A stretch of 63,571 nucleotides of DNA, counting the filler, from Stramenopiles sp. TOSAG23-6 (Eukaryota): the NCBI GenBank assembly GCA_900128565.1. It is 29 parts of 29 records of this genome, joined end to end, with 100 filler letters (N's around TTAATTAATTAA, not from the genome) between each part and the next. Parts side by side here need not be neighbours in the genome. Positions count along the whole stretch, not along the records: positions 50,574 to 52,659 come from LT638320.1; positions 52,760 to 54,843 come from LT638321.1; positions 54,944 to 57,026 come from LT638322.1; positions 57,127 to 59,208 come from LT638323.1; positions 59,309 to 61,390 come from LT638324.1; positions 61,491 to 63,571 come from LT638325.1; 23 more parts are not named here. One strand, given 5' to 3'. The notes below the pieces were generated by a model that was not told the origin of the DNA, ran no database searches, and was given only the letters and a program-made list of their open reading frames with translations. Both the position numbers and the translations under genes were made by a program. This document shows positions 51,259 to 62,179 of this stretch, piece by piece. Numbering within the stretch: the first letter of the stretch is position 1; every line of letters begins with the position of its first letter.

Positions 51259-52411
51259 AACATTTGAACTAGTGATTCCAGCTTCTCTAATCGCAGAATC
51301 TGCATAATTTTCACTTAATGTTGGTAAGCAATCCTCATTGTATACTTCTATATGAGATGCAATGGCTCGTGCATATATCTTGAAAAAATATTTTTATAAA
51401 TTTTTGTTAGGTACAAAATTTCGTATGAAAAAAAATATTCAAAAAAAAAACTTTTAATTTTGAAAACGTACATCTGCAGCAGTTTCTGTTGCAGATTGAT
51501 ATTCTGCAGTCTTTGCAACTGACATTTGCTTTATCCATGTATTTTGGAAAAATATTTCAAAAAAAATCTAAAAAAATTCGTTAGGTACAAAATTTCGTAT
51601 GAAACCAAAAAAAAAAATTCATACCAAAAAAAAAATAAAACATACATGGACAAGATATAAGATTAGTATCTATAATAGATGTCAATGTTCTAACATCATT
51701 CAATTCAAATAAACTACTAAATAGTTGTATAGTTGCAATTGATATTTCATTTGAAGTTGAATTAACTCTATGAATCAAAATTTCACGAAAATTTTGATGT
51801 GTATTTTGTTGTGTTGTAGACAAAATATCATTCGTACAATTTTGTTTTGTATCTCGAAGTGTATCAAACTCTTTTGTGGTTTTGATATCTACATTTTTAC
51901 TAGAACATTTTGTAGTTTTCGAATTTTCTGATATTGTGCCCATTAAAAGTTCAACTATAATTTCCAGTAATGGAGATAATTCATTTGAAGCATGTATTTT
52001 GGAAAAATATTTAAAATTAAATTGTTAGGTACAAAATTACGTACGAAAAAAAAATTCGATTTTTTTTTTTCGGTAAAAAAAAAAAATAAAAACATACATT
52101 TTTTTCACTAATAAGTTCGATAGTATTTTGAATATAAGTTGTAGCTGCAGCAGCGGAGCTTTCATTTGAAGATAAAATTGTAGGACTCACAACAGCATGT
52201 AAGAAATATTTCTTGATTAGAAATATTAAATTATCGAATAAATCAGAATTTGATTCACGAACATCAGTTGCATTAGGGTTAGGGTTTAACATTTTATTCT
52301 TTACAAAATAATTGTCATTTCTATTTCCATTCTTAAGTAATGAAAGCACGAGATTACAATACCAAATTCGTTCTTGAAATCTTTGTATTGCAGCATTTGC
52401 ATGATTTTCAT
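51259..52411 (-). CDS. FHIP/FAM160-like (RAI16-like) protein fragment
   Basis: FLHAVVSPTILSSNE...TTYI and FREILIHRV...ISIATIQLFSSLF. In-frame GT...AT introns at 51992-52097, 51537-51645 and 51373-51471. Confidence 0.55.
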
Positions 52412-52824
52412 TTGATCCATATATTTGTTGAAAATATGATTATTTTTACTAAAAAAAAAATATTAGGTATGAAATTGTCTATGAAAAATAAAAAAATAAA
52501 AAAAACATCCATTTTGAAACAAAGAAATGATGAAATTTTGTGTAAAAAAAAAAATTGAAATTCATGATGAAAATGTATCGAATAAAAACTCAAAAAAAAA
52601 AAATGTTTTTTTTTTGTTAGGTACAAAATTTTCAAAAAAAAAAAAAATAAATTCGAAATNNNNNNNNNNNNNNNNNNNNNNNNNNNNNNNNNNNNNNNNN
52701 NNNTTAATTAATTAANNNNNNNNNNNNNNNNNNNNNNNNNNNNNNNNNNNNNNNNNNNNTTAGGTACAAAATTTCGTACGAAAAAAAAAAATCGATTTTT
52801 TTGTTAAAAAAAAAAAAAACATAC

Positions 52825-53337
52825 ATTACCTTTCAAAATCGAACACATTTCTGTAATTTTTTGTTTAGATTTAAGAGTGTATCCTCTACATTCTGGTTTA
52901 ATTGATGTATACAGGCTTTCAGTACCTAGTAATATCATATGATATGGTAAATTATCACAATCATTTGGAATAAAACGAAGTCGACTTCCATTTTTACGAT
53001 TATATTCTTTATTACTTATTTGATGCTGTTGTTTTTTATGAGCAATAAATTGAACCATTTTGTCTCTCATTAATAACTCAGTCATATTTTCATCACATGC
53101 TTCTTCGAATGCTCTTTGTTTTTGTTCAGCTGTTTGAGCTGTTTTAAATCGAACAAATGCAGAATTTTGTATAGTTTGTTGTTGTTTTTTGAGTTTTTGA
53201 TGTTCCTCTTTCGTTGCATCAGTCCAACAACCTACGTCATCACAATACCATGTTACACCGTCTAATGAAGTGTTCATGGCGTGTATTGTATCGTCCAAAA
53301 TAAGGAAATAAAGTATAGGAAGAACGTTTTTGAACAT
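52825..53337 (-). CDS. Hypothetical protein, 5' exon (second copy ends at 55521)
   Basis: ORF with a hydrophobic N-terminus, ending at donor GTATGT. Confidence 0.5.
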
Positions 53338-53830
53338 TAGTGTTATTTGTATTATTTTGTTGTTGTATATGATAATGTATGAGAGGGGGAGGAGTGATTT
53401 TGAAAGTATGGTGTGGAGGAGAAGGGGGAGAGAAAGAAACTCTGTATTTCAAAAAAAAAATGTTTCGGAGGTTTTTTATTCTCAAATTCAAAGCATAAAA
53501 AAGTCCCGATATATACGCGGTGATGACGGTTAATTTTTTCGGCGGTTATATAATTGTTGCTTTTTCTCCATGTGTTTGGCTTGTAAAACGTCGTGTGGTG
53601 CAAAATACTAAGTACTAGCTTGTATTACAACAACTTACTTTATTACTACGGCCTTTGGTCTTTGGTCTTTGGTTGGTCATATTATATCGATCTCCTGAAA
53701 CGACGACAAACGAACAACGAAATTAAACGAAATTAAAATTATTTAGGTACAATATCCCGATATATTTTGTGATTGTCATTTATAACATAATAAACGTAAG
53801 TTCAGTGAAGTTCAGGGAATATTTCCAAAA

Positions 53831-54529
53831 ATGGAGAATGACTACAAAACATTGCCCGATGAGGAAGAAGCGCTACTTTTGAAAGGAGAAGATGAAGCAG
53901 ATGAAGTAGAAGATAAAGAGTCAAAGAAAAAGTGTTTCATGAGTTCTACCTGCCTCATTTCGTTGATAGTTTTGTGTGTCGTTTTATTGACAGTAATCGT
54001 AACATTCATTATAATTCATAAACAGAAGAAAAAACGTAAAGAGCGTATGTTATTGCAAAGAGAACCTTTAATTGCATTGTATGATAGTACAAATGGAGAT
54101 GGTTGGGAAATAAGTGAAGATTGGAAAACAAAAAAAGATATTTGTAAATGGTACGGAGTTACGTGTACTACTAATGGAAGTGTTATTACATTGGATTTGA
54201 AAAACAACAAACTATCTGGTGAAATACCAAAAGAAATTGGTCAACTAACAAATCTCAAAGATTTGTGTTTGATTTACAACAAACTATCTGGTTCAATTCC
54301 AAAAGAAATTGGTCAACTAACAAAGCTAGAATATTTGTACTTGGGTGAGAACGAACTATCTCGTTCAATTCCAACAGAAATTGGTCAACTATCACAACTC
54401 GCCCAATTGTTGTTGCAAAACAACCAACTATCCGGTCGAGTACCAAAGGAAATTGGTCAACTCACAAATCTCGAACAATTGGACTTGTACAACAACAAAC
54501 TATCTGGTCCAATTCCTAGAAAACGGTGA
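53831..54529 (+). CDS. Membrane-anchored leucine-rich-repeat protein, variant A
   Basis: Acidic N-terminus, TM helix, LRRNT (LYDSTNGDGW...CKWYGVTC) and 24-aa LxxLxLxxNxLSGxIPxEIGx repeats. Confidence 0.9.
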   Translation: MENDYKTLPDEEEALLLKGEDEADEVEDKESKKKCFMSSTCLISLIVLCVVLLTVIVTFIIIHKQKKKRKERMLLQREPLIALYDSTNGDGWEISEDWKTKKDICKWYGVTCTTNGSVITLDLKNNKLSGEIPKEIGQLTNLKDLCLIYNKLSGSIPKEIGQLTKLEYLYLGENELSRSIPTEIGQLSQLAQLLLQNNQLSGRVPKEIGQLTNLEQLDLYNNKLSGPIPRKR

Positions 54530-54943
54530 ACAACCACGTTTTTTGGCGACATTAATAAATTTGTTGGAAACATACTTATAGTAACTATATATGATTGCTA
54601 TACAAATATGTTTTTCCCATTACACAAAAACCAAAGCTCTATCATAATATTCTATCAGTATTCCACCATGCAATTCAAATATTCAAAAATAAAAAGACTT
54701 ACAAAAACATAGTTTTATAGTATCATTTATTATTTATCACCAAATATAAATTGTTGTAATAATGGTATTATTTGAAGACGACATTTATTTTGGAAAAATA
54801 TTTCAAAAAAAAAATCTAAAAAAAATTGTTAGGTACAAAATTTNNNNNNNNNNNNNNNNNNNNNNNNNNNNNNNNNNNNNNNNNNNNTTAATTAATTAAN
54901 NNNNNNNNNNNNNNNNNNNNNNNNNNNNNNNNNNNNNNNNNNN

Positions 54944-57026
54944 TTAGGTACAAAATTTCGTACGAAAAAAAAAAATCGATTTTTTTGTTAAAAAAAAAAA
55001 AAACATACATTACCTTTCAAAATCGAACACATTTCTGTAATTTTTTGTTTAGATTTAAGAGTGTATCCTCTACATTCTGGTTTAATTGATGTATACAGGC
55101 TTTCAGTACCTAGTAATATCATATGATATGGTAAATTATCACAATCATTTGGAATAAAACGAAGTCGACTTCCATTTTTACGATTATATTCTTTATTACT
55201 TATTTGATGCTGTTGTTTTTTATGAGCAATAAATTGAACCATTTTGTCTCTCATTAATAACTCAGTCATATTTTCATCACATGCTTCTTCGAATGCTCTT
55301 TGTTTTTGTTCAGCTGTTTGAGCTGTTTTAAATCGAACAAATGCAGAATTTTGTATAGTTTGTTGTTGTTTTTTGAGTTTTTGATGTTCCTCTTTCGTTG
55401 CATCAGTCCAACAACCTACGTCATCACAATACCATGTTACACCGTCTAATGAAGTGTTCATGGCGTGTATTGTATCGTCCAAAATAAGGAAATAAAGTAT
55501 AGGAAGAACGTTTTTGAACATTAGTGTTATTTGTATTATTTTGTTGTTGTATATGATAATGTATGAGAGGGGGAGGAGTGATTTTGAAAGTATGGTGTGG
55601 AGGAGAAGGGGGAGAGAAAGAAACTCTGTATTTCAAAAAAAAAATGTTTCGGAGGTTTTTTATTCTCAAATTCAAAGCATAAAAAAGTCCCGATATATAC
55701 GCGGTGATGACGGTTAATTTTTTCGGCGGTTATATAATTGTTGCTTTTTCTCCATGTGTTTGGCTTGTAAAACGTCGTGTGGTGCAAAATACTAAGTACT
55801 AGCTTGTATTACAACAACTTACTTTATTACTACGGCCTTTGGTCTTTGGTCTTTGGTTGGTCATATTATATCGATCTCCTGAAACGACGACAAACGAACA
55901 ACGAAATTAAACGAAATTAAAATTATTTAGGTACAATATCCCGATATATTTTGTGATTGTCATTTATAACATAATAAACGTAAGTTCAGTGAAGTTCAGG
56001 GAATATTTCCAAAAATGGAGAATGACTACAAAACATTGCCCGATGAGGAAGAAGCGCTACTTTTGAAAGGAGAAGATGAAGCAGATGAAGTAGAAGATAA
56101 AGAGTCAAAGAAAAAGTGTTTCATGAGTTCTACCTGCCTCATTTCGTTGATAGTTTTGTGTGTCGTTTTATTGACAGTAATCGTAACATTCATTATAATT
56201 CATAAACAGAAGAAAAAACGTAAAGAGCGTATGTTATTGCAAAGAGAACCTTTAATTGCATTGTATGATAGTACAAATGGAGATGGTTGGGAAATAAGTG
56301 AAGATTGGAAAACAAAAAAAGATATTTGTAAATGGTACGGAGTTACGTGTACTACTAATGGAAGTGTTATTAAATTGGAATTGAGAAACAACCTATCTGG
56401 TGAAATACCAAAGGAAATTGGTCAACTAACAAATCTCAAAGATTTGTGGTTGGATAACAACAAACTATCTGGTAAAATACCAGAAGAAATTGGTCAACTA
56501 ACAAATCTCGAACTTTTGACCTTGTCTAATAACAAACTAACTGGTCCAATTCCAAAAGAAATTGGTCAACTAACAAGTCTCGAAGCATTGTTCTTGTACG
56601 ATAACAACCTATCTGGTCCAATACCAAAGGAAATTGGTCAACTCACAAATCTCGAACAATTGGACTTGCACAACAACAACCTATCTGGTCCAATTCCTAG
56701 AAAACGGTGAACAACCACTTTTTTTGGCGACATTAATAATTTTGTTGGAAACATACTTATAGTTAGTATATATATGATTGCTATACAAATATGTTTTTCC
56801 CATTACACAAAAACCAAAGCTCTATCATAATATTCTATCAGTATTCCACCATGCAATTCAAATATTCAAAAATAAAAAGACTTACAAAAACATAGTTTTA
56901 TAGTATCATTTATTATTTATCACCAAATATAAATTGTTGTAATAATGGTATTATTTGAAGACGACATTTATTTTGGAAAAATATTTCAAAAAAAAAATCT
57001 AAAAAAAATTGTTAGGTACAAAATTT
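54944..57026. repeat. Second version of contig 52760-54843
   Basis: Offset of 2184; identical up to the first LRR and nearly identical after the stop codon. Confidence 0.93.
56015..56710 (+). CDS. Membrane-anchored leucine-rich-repeat protein, variant B
   Basis: Same architecture and identical N-terminal half as variant A, with divergent LRRs. Confidence 0.9.
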   Translation: MENDYKTLPDEEEALLLKGEDEADEVEDKESKKKCFMSSTCLISLIVLCVVLLTVIVTFIIIHKQKKKRKERMLLQREPLIALYDSTNGDGWEISEDWKTKKDICKWYGVTCTTNGSVIKLELRNNLSGEIPKEIGQLTNLKDLWLDNNKLSGKIPEEIGQLTNLELLTLSNNKLTGPIPKEIGQLTSLEALFLYDNNLSGPIPKEIGQLTNLEQLDLHNNNLSGPIPRKR

Positions 57027-57439
57027 NNNNNNNNNNNNNNNNNNNNNNNNNNNNNNNNNNNNNNNNNNNNTTAATTAATTAANNNNNNNNNNNNNNNNNN
57101 NNNNNNNNNNNNNNNNNNNNNNNNNNGAAATTCAAGAAATCTGCCATGTGTTGATTGGTTGCTAAATTCGAATCGTTCAACAATAAAGCCAATCAGCCCT
57201 CCTCGGAGAAAAACTTCATTAAAGTTTTGTGATAGTATTTGGTGAGGAATTTATTTGCATCAAATGTACTATCATACTTTTTGAATAAGTATAATTCATG
57301 TCAATAATGGACTATTCTATAATAATGCATCACATCTATCAATATTTTTGATAGATAATATTATATAATAGAGGCTAAAATACAAAAATAAAAATACAAT
57401 TGTTGACCAATTTATTTCATGAAATGAATCATTTATTTA

Positions 57440-58868
57440 TCATACAATTAAGTATTGCAAGATGCCATCGTACCATTGCTTCTGCACACCTTTAACAATA
57501 TTTTTGCCAGTGCGTGTACAAGCACCAGTGTCAATCTTTCTATGGTAAAATTGTTGCATGTTCGTACGAGCCCACTTTGGACCAATATTAGGGGGAGAGC
57601 CAATGCTGACCCTTTCCCCAAAGTCAATTTGGTTTACGTGAAGACATTGCGATATTATACACTCAAGAAAATCAACTTGTTTGACAGAGTCTGTATCTCG
57701 CTGCACGTGCATGTTAGATCCCAGTTTAGTTCTTAATTGTTCTATGCTCATAAACGAAGACAAATGCCATCCAGCATTCGCGATACTCGTGGGCCAAATG
57801 TACGGTCTGTGATTATCACGCATTTCATCAACGCACCATTTTCTATCAAGAAAAAAACCATTACAATCCAATTCTAACTGATGCCGACGCGCCACTTTGG
57901 CTCGTCTCCATTGAGGTCGTCTCTTTTCTCGACATCCAAAGTCATACATGTAGGGTATAGTGTGTAGCTCAACAGGTGTCCTGTAACCTGTACAAGAGCG
58001 AAGCATGTGAATCACGTATTGTGTAAAAATATGTCAAAGTTAAACTTGAAATTAGTTAGGTACAAATCATAGTAAAAGAATAATTTTGAAATTTAAAAGT
58101 GGACAACACGTACACATCTGCTCGTGGAATTTCATCTAAGCCTCCTAAAATAATAAGGTCATCCGGGGCGGCATTTTTTAAACCTTGAAGTTTGGCTGAC
58201 TTTTGATTGTTTGCATTTATTTTGGCTTTCTGTTCCGATAGCTTTTTATAGTGGTTGGCCGACTTTGTGAGCGAGATGTCAGTGTCTACCACTATGTGGA
58301 TGATTTTGTGCAGAAACTTCGCGAACCGCTCCTTGTTTTCGGAAAAGTGGAGCGGTTTTGGCTTTCCCGAAAATGTCACTGGGCTCTCTACGATAATAAA
58401 GTGGTCGACAACAGAATCAAGCTCATGCAGTCGAACATCCAGCATGTCAAGCTCAAAGTTAAGATTGACAAGATCCCAAACCTTGGGATGTTGGAAATTA
58501 TTGGATTGTTTATACCCTGATTCTACTCTTTGCCAGCCATGCGTTTCGCACGACACAATTTTACTGGAATCAGTGGAAGTCTCCGGTATGTGGTGGTCAA
58601 AAATGACTGGCGAATACGTAAACAAAAATAGAAATAATACAATCACAATAATGGCGACGAAACCAAAAGCAAATTGACTATTATTTAGTCTCTTCCGCAT
58701 TCCGGGCCCCTTACACTTCTTCATCCCTCGACGAGTTCGGCTACACGTTGTGCGATAGAGGGGTAGTCGTATGTTCTTGGTGGAAAGGTTTGCCACGGCA
58801 GCAGCTCCCATCTGTTTTGTTTTGGTTATAATTTTTTGTAATGGCCCGGATATTTTCCTTTTAAACAT
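57440..58868 (-). CDS. Glycosyltransferase family 17 (MGAT3-like), one intron
   Basis: ELDMLDVRLHELDSVVDHFIIVESPVTFSGKPKPL, LDEIP and AGWHLSSF; intron 58014-58113. Confidence 0.88.
58014..58113 (-). mobile_element. Introner-like intron, GT...GT
   Basis: gat gt|GTACGT...CACAATACGT|g att gives DEIPRAD-V-IHMLRSC in frame. GT is repeated at both junctions. Confidence 0.85.
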
Positions 58869-59401
58869 GATTCTTGATTTAGAAGAAATTAAAACACGTC
58901 GTAGATTATGATATAATATCTAATAATTGAATCGCTCTATTGTCATGTTATAGAAATCTAAATGATCGAAGGCAACTCTAAAAGATCTTGATGGTTGTTT
59001 TTATTCAAGCATGCAAATTGATTGACACCAAGGTTATAGAATTCTATAACCTTGTTGACACGAAATAAGTAATCTAACGTACCGTACGTTGAATTGTGGC
59101 TGAGAATGATCGAATGATGATTGACTCTCTTCTTCCATCCCCCTTCAATATAACAATTTTGATCTCTCGATCTCTTGATCAGATCATGGAGTTAGGTGAG
59201 CCTCGGAGNNNNNNNNNNNNNNNNNNNNNNNNNNNNNNNNNNNNNNNNNNNNTTAATTAATTAANNNNNNNNNNNNNNNNNNNNNNNNNNNNNNNNNNNN
59301 NNNNNNNNTTTTTTTAAAAAAAAATCGAATTTATTTTTTTATATAATTTTTTACCTAACAAATTCTAGTTTTTTTTTTTGAAATATTTTTCCAAAATACA
59401 T

Positions 59402-61390
59402 ACATCACAAATATCGAGTGCAACGCAGCCCACACAGCCGTGTATTTCATTTTCTCCGATATGTTCATCTAATTTTAAAATTGTCATTGGAAGTTTGAAA
59501 TTTATTGCAAATTTTTCTTCTCGACTGTTTTGTCGGGTTCAGTCGAATTGTCGTACTTCCTATGGTCAACGAACAGATGACGAAATATTATTACAACAAA
59601 TATTGGCTGTATTAACAACCGCGACAAAAATTACTCCATCATTCGAACATCCTGAGTATTCAAGGTATATAGACGCACTGACTGTATCGCTGTTTAATTC
59701 TTTGCAACTTTTTCGGACATATTTCTGCATAGAAAGAATAAATGATTCGAGGAGCAATCGAAAGTCAGATGTAGTCGATTCTGTCACAGCAAAGATAAAA
59801 TATATCAATACACTATTAAGTGATATGTTTCATTTAAGTATAGAGATATTGGATCATATAATTTACCCTCATTGTTGTTTTTATAATTCACCAAATAACT
59901 CTAATGATGAATGTACATTTCAAGAGAAACATTTGAGGTTATTTTACCTGGCGACAACTGATTTATATTGTAAATTACCTTGTAATACAACCAAAACTAT
60001 AAAATATATAGGACAAAATGAGTACAAAGATATTTTTCAACATTCTGACCTGATAGTAACAAAGCACAAAAACTTTTCTGAACAACAAAAAAACTGGTGA
60101 TGCGGATCCTTTCACAGGGAACAAATTTTGTTCCAAGGTCGTTTCTATGGGAATTTTGAATTTATTGGTGACCAATAGTAATCAAATGAAGGAAAACATC
60201 GATGCAAAATTATGTATCTCCTTATTTATACATATCTGTCGCCGTGTTGATATAATTCAATCGAATAAAGATTGTTTAGAATGGAGTAAATATGTACGTT
60301 TTCATTTTTTTTTCGCCTATTTTTTTTCGTAAGAAATTTTGTACCTAATAACAAAAATCTTGTAATATTTTTTCATAATACATGCCAAGGTTTTACCAGG
60401 TGTTTCACTTTTCCAATTACTTGACGTTGTCAAAGATTCTGTGAAAGATAATTACGCTGTTGGTGTATTAAATATTACAATTAGACTCATCGAAATGCTA
60501 CTATTTGATATTCAAAGTAAATTAATATTAGATACTGTTACAAACGTTTTCAACTCTTTTTTTGAAAGTAGGTACGCAGATACTCGGATGAACGAAATTT
60601 CATCAGAAACTTTTGTTAGTTTACTATACATTTGTAGCAAATGTAATGAAAACATTACAGTAAAAGTAAAACAGACATTGAATAGGTGTGCAAAATATTT
60701 TGACCCAATGATAATTCTTAAATTATTGAAGCAAAATGTATCTAAAAGAAGAAAAGACGAAAATGCCTCAGATTTCTGTATAATCTCCTTTCTTGCTCAA
60801 TTATCAGAAGAATTGTGTTCACTGTATTTACGATGTTCGATACATGCGCTGAAAAACATAGAAATTATCCATATTTTATCAAATAATTTTATTACAAAAG
60901 TAATTGTTATATGTAGTCAAAATTCCACATTCGTTTGTAGTGGCCAAAATCTAGCAAATAACCCTAACCCTAACCCAAATCTAGCAAACAATGGAAAAAA
61001 TACTTCTAAAACAGATGAACTCATTAATATGTGCGTAGAGCTTACACAATCTTTATTTTCGGAGGCATTTTCATTAACAAATATCACAAAGAATACACCT
61101 GAGAGTTTTATTATAGATAGCCAAAGTTTGCCAAAATCTATTCAAAATAGAAACCCTAACCCTAATAACTTCAATCATAGAAATGATGTGATACGAGTCG
61201 TAACAGTTTTGTCACAACTTGTTTCAGTTTTACAAAATATTCAAATACAAAACACGAATAATGATTATGCAATATCGAATGTATGCCAAAGTGTATTTAA
61301 TATTTTTCATAAAATAATTGATCCATTTTTGATGTATTTGCAAAATGAATCAATTGAAGAAAATGACACAACTGCTGCAAAAATGGCTAC
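59402..61390 (+). CDS. Hypothetical helical (HEAT-like) protein fragment; homopolymer frameshift near 60090; intron 60294-60383
   Basis: Long ORFs joined by a family intron. Confidence 0.5.
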
Positions 61391-61543
61391 NNNNNNNNNN
61401 NNNNNNNNNNNNNNNNNNNNNNNNNNNNNNNNNNTTAATTAATTAANNNNNNNNNNNNNNNNNNNNNNNNNNNNNNNNNNNNNNNNNNNNTACGAAATTT
61501 TGTACCTAACGATTTTTTTTTTGAAATATTTTTCCAAAATACA

Positions 61544-61988
61544 TCCAAGTGCTGCAAAATGGACTAAAAGTAAAGCTTGTCGAATTGCCATGAAGAAGTA
61601 TAATAAAGGTGCCATTTCAGACCGCCGTGCTCGCATAGCAAAGCATAGTAAAAGAACAACAAGAATCAAATCTTTGCAAGAAATGAAGGTTTCAAATACA
61701 AATAATACAAGTAATAATAATTTAGTATTGAATTTACCTCGAGCTCGAAATAGTGCGGGGAAACTAACAGTTAAAAATTTACGAAATAGACCTCAAACTG
61801 CATCACGAACTAGAAAAAATAAAGACAGTTCCCGGCACCCTACCACTTTTAATTCTAGTATTGGAGTTACGCAAACTCGCCCAAAAACAGCCACAATCAT
61901 TCGCAATGGCCCATACGCTAGAACTCGTAAAACAGCTATAAAAAGTCCAAAACGATCTTCTAAAAATGCCGTTAAAAAGAAAATATAA
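61544..61988 (+). CDS. Last exon of a basic hypothetical protein
   Basis: Follows acceptor CCAAAATACAT; contains RPQTA/RPKTA motifs; ends at TAA. Confidence 0.45.
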
Positions 61989-62179
61989 ACAAAAACTGAA
62001 TAAGGAAAGTAATACTTTTATAATTTTGAAAACAAATAAAAGTTTTCATAATTTTTAAAATTATTTGAATCGTGGTTATGGTTTAGTCTCCTTTTCACCC
62101 TTTCCAGATGTTGAATCAGTTGTTTTCTTTGCAACAACATCATCTTTTTTAGTCTCCTTTTCACCCTTTCCAGAAACTG

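Noticed and set aside
1-61543. Repeated GTACCTAAC units as a CRISPR array or satellite
   Set aside because: The units are dispersed, oriented with host genes and separated by coding exons. There are no cas genes and the context is eukaryotic.
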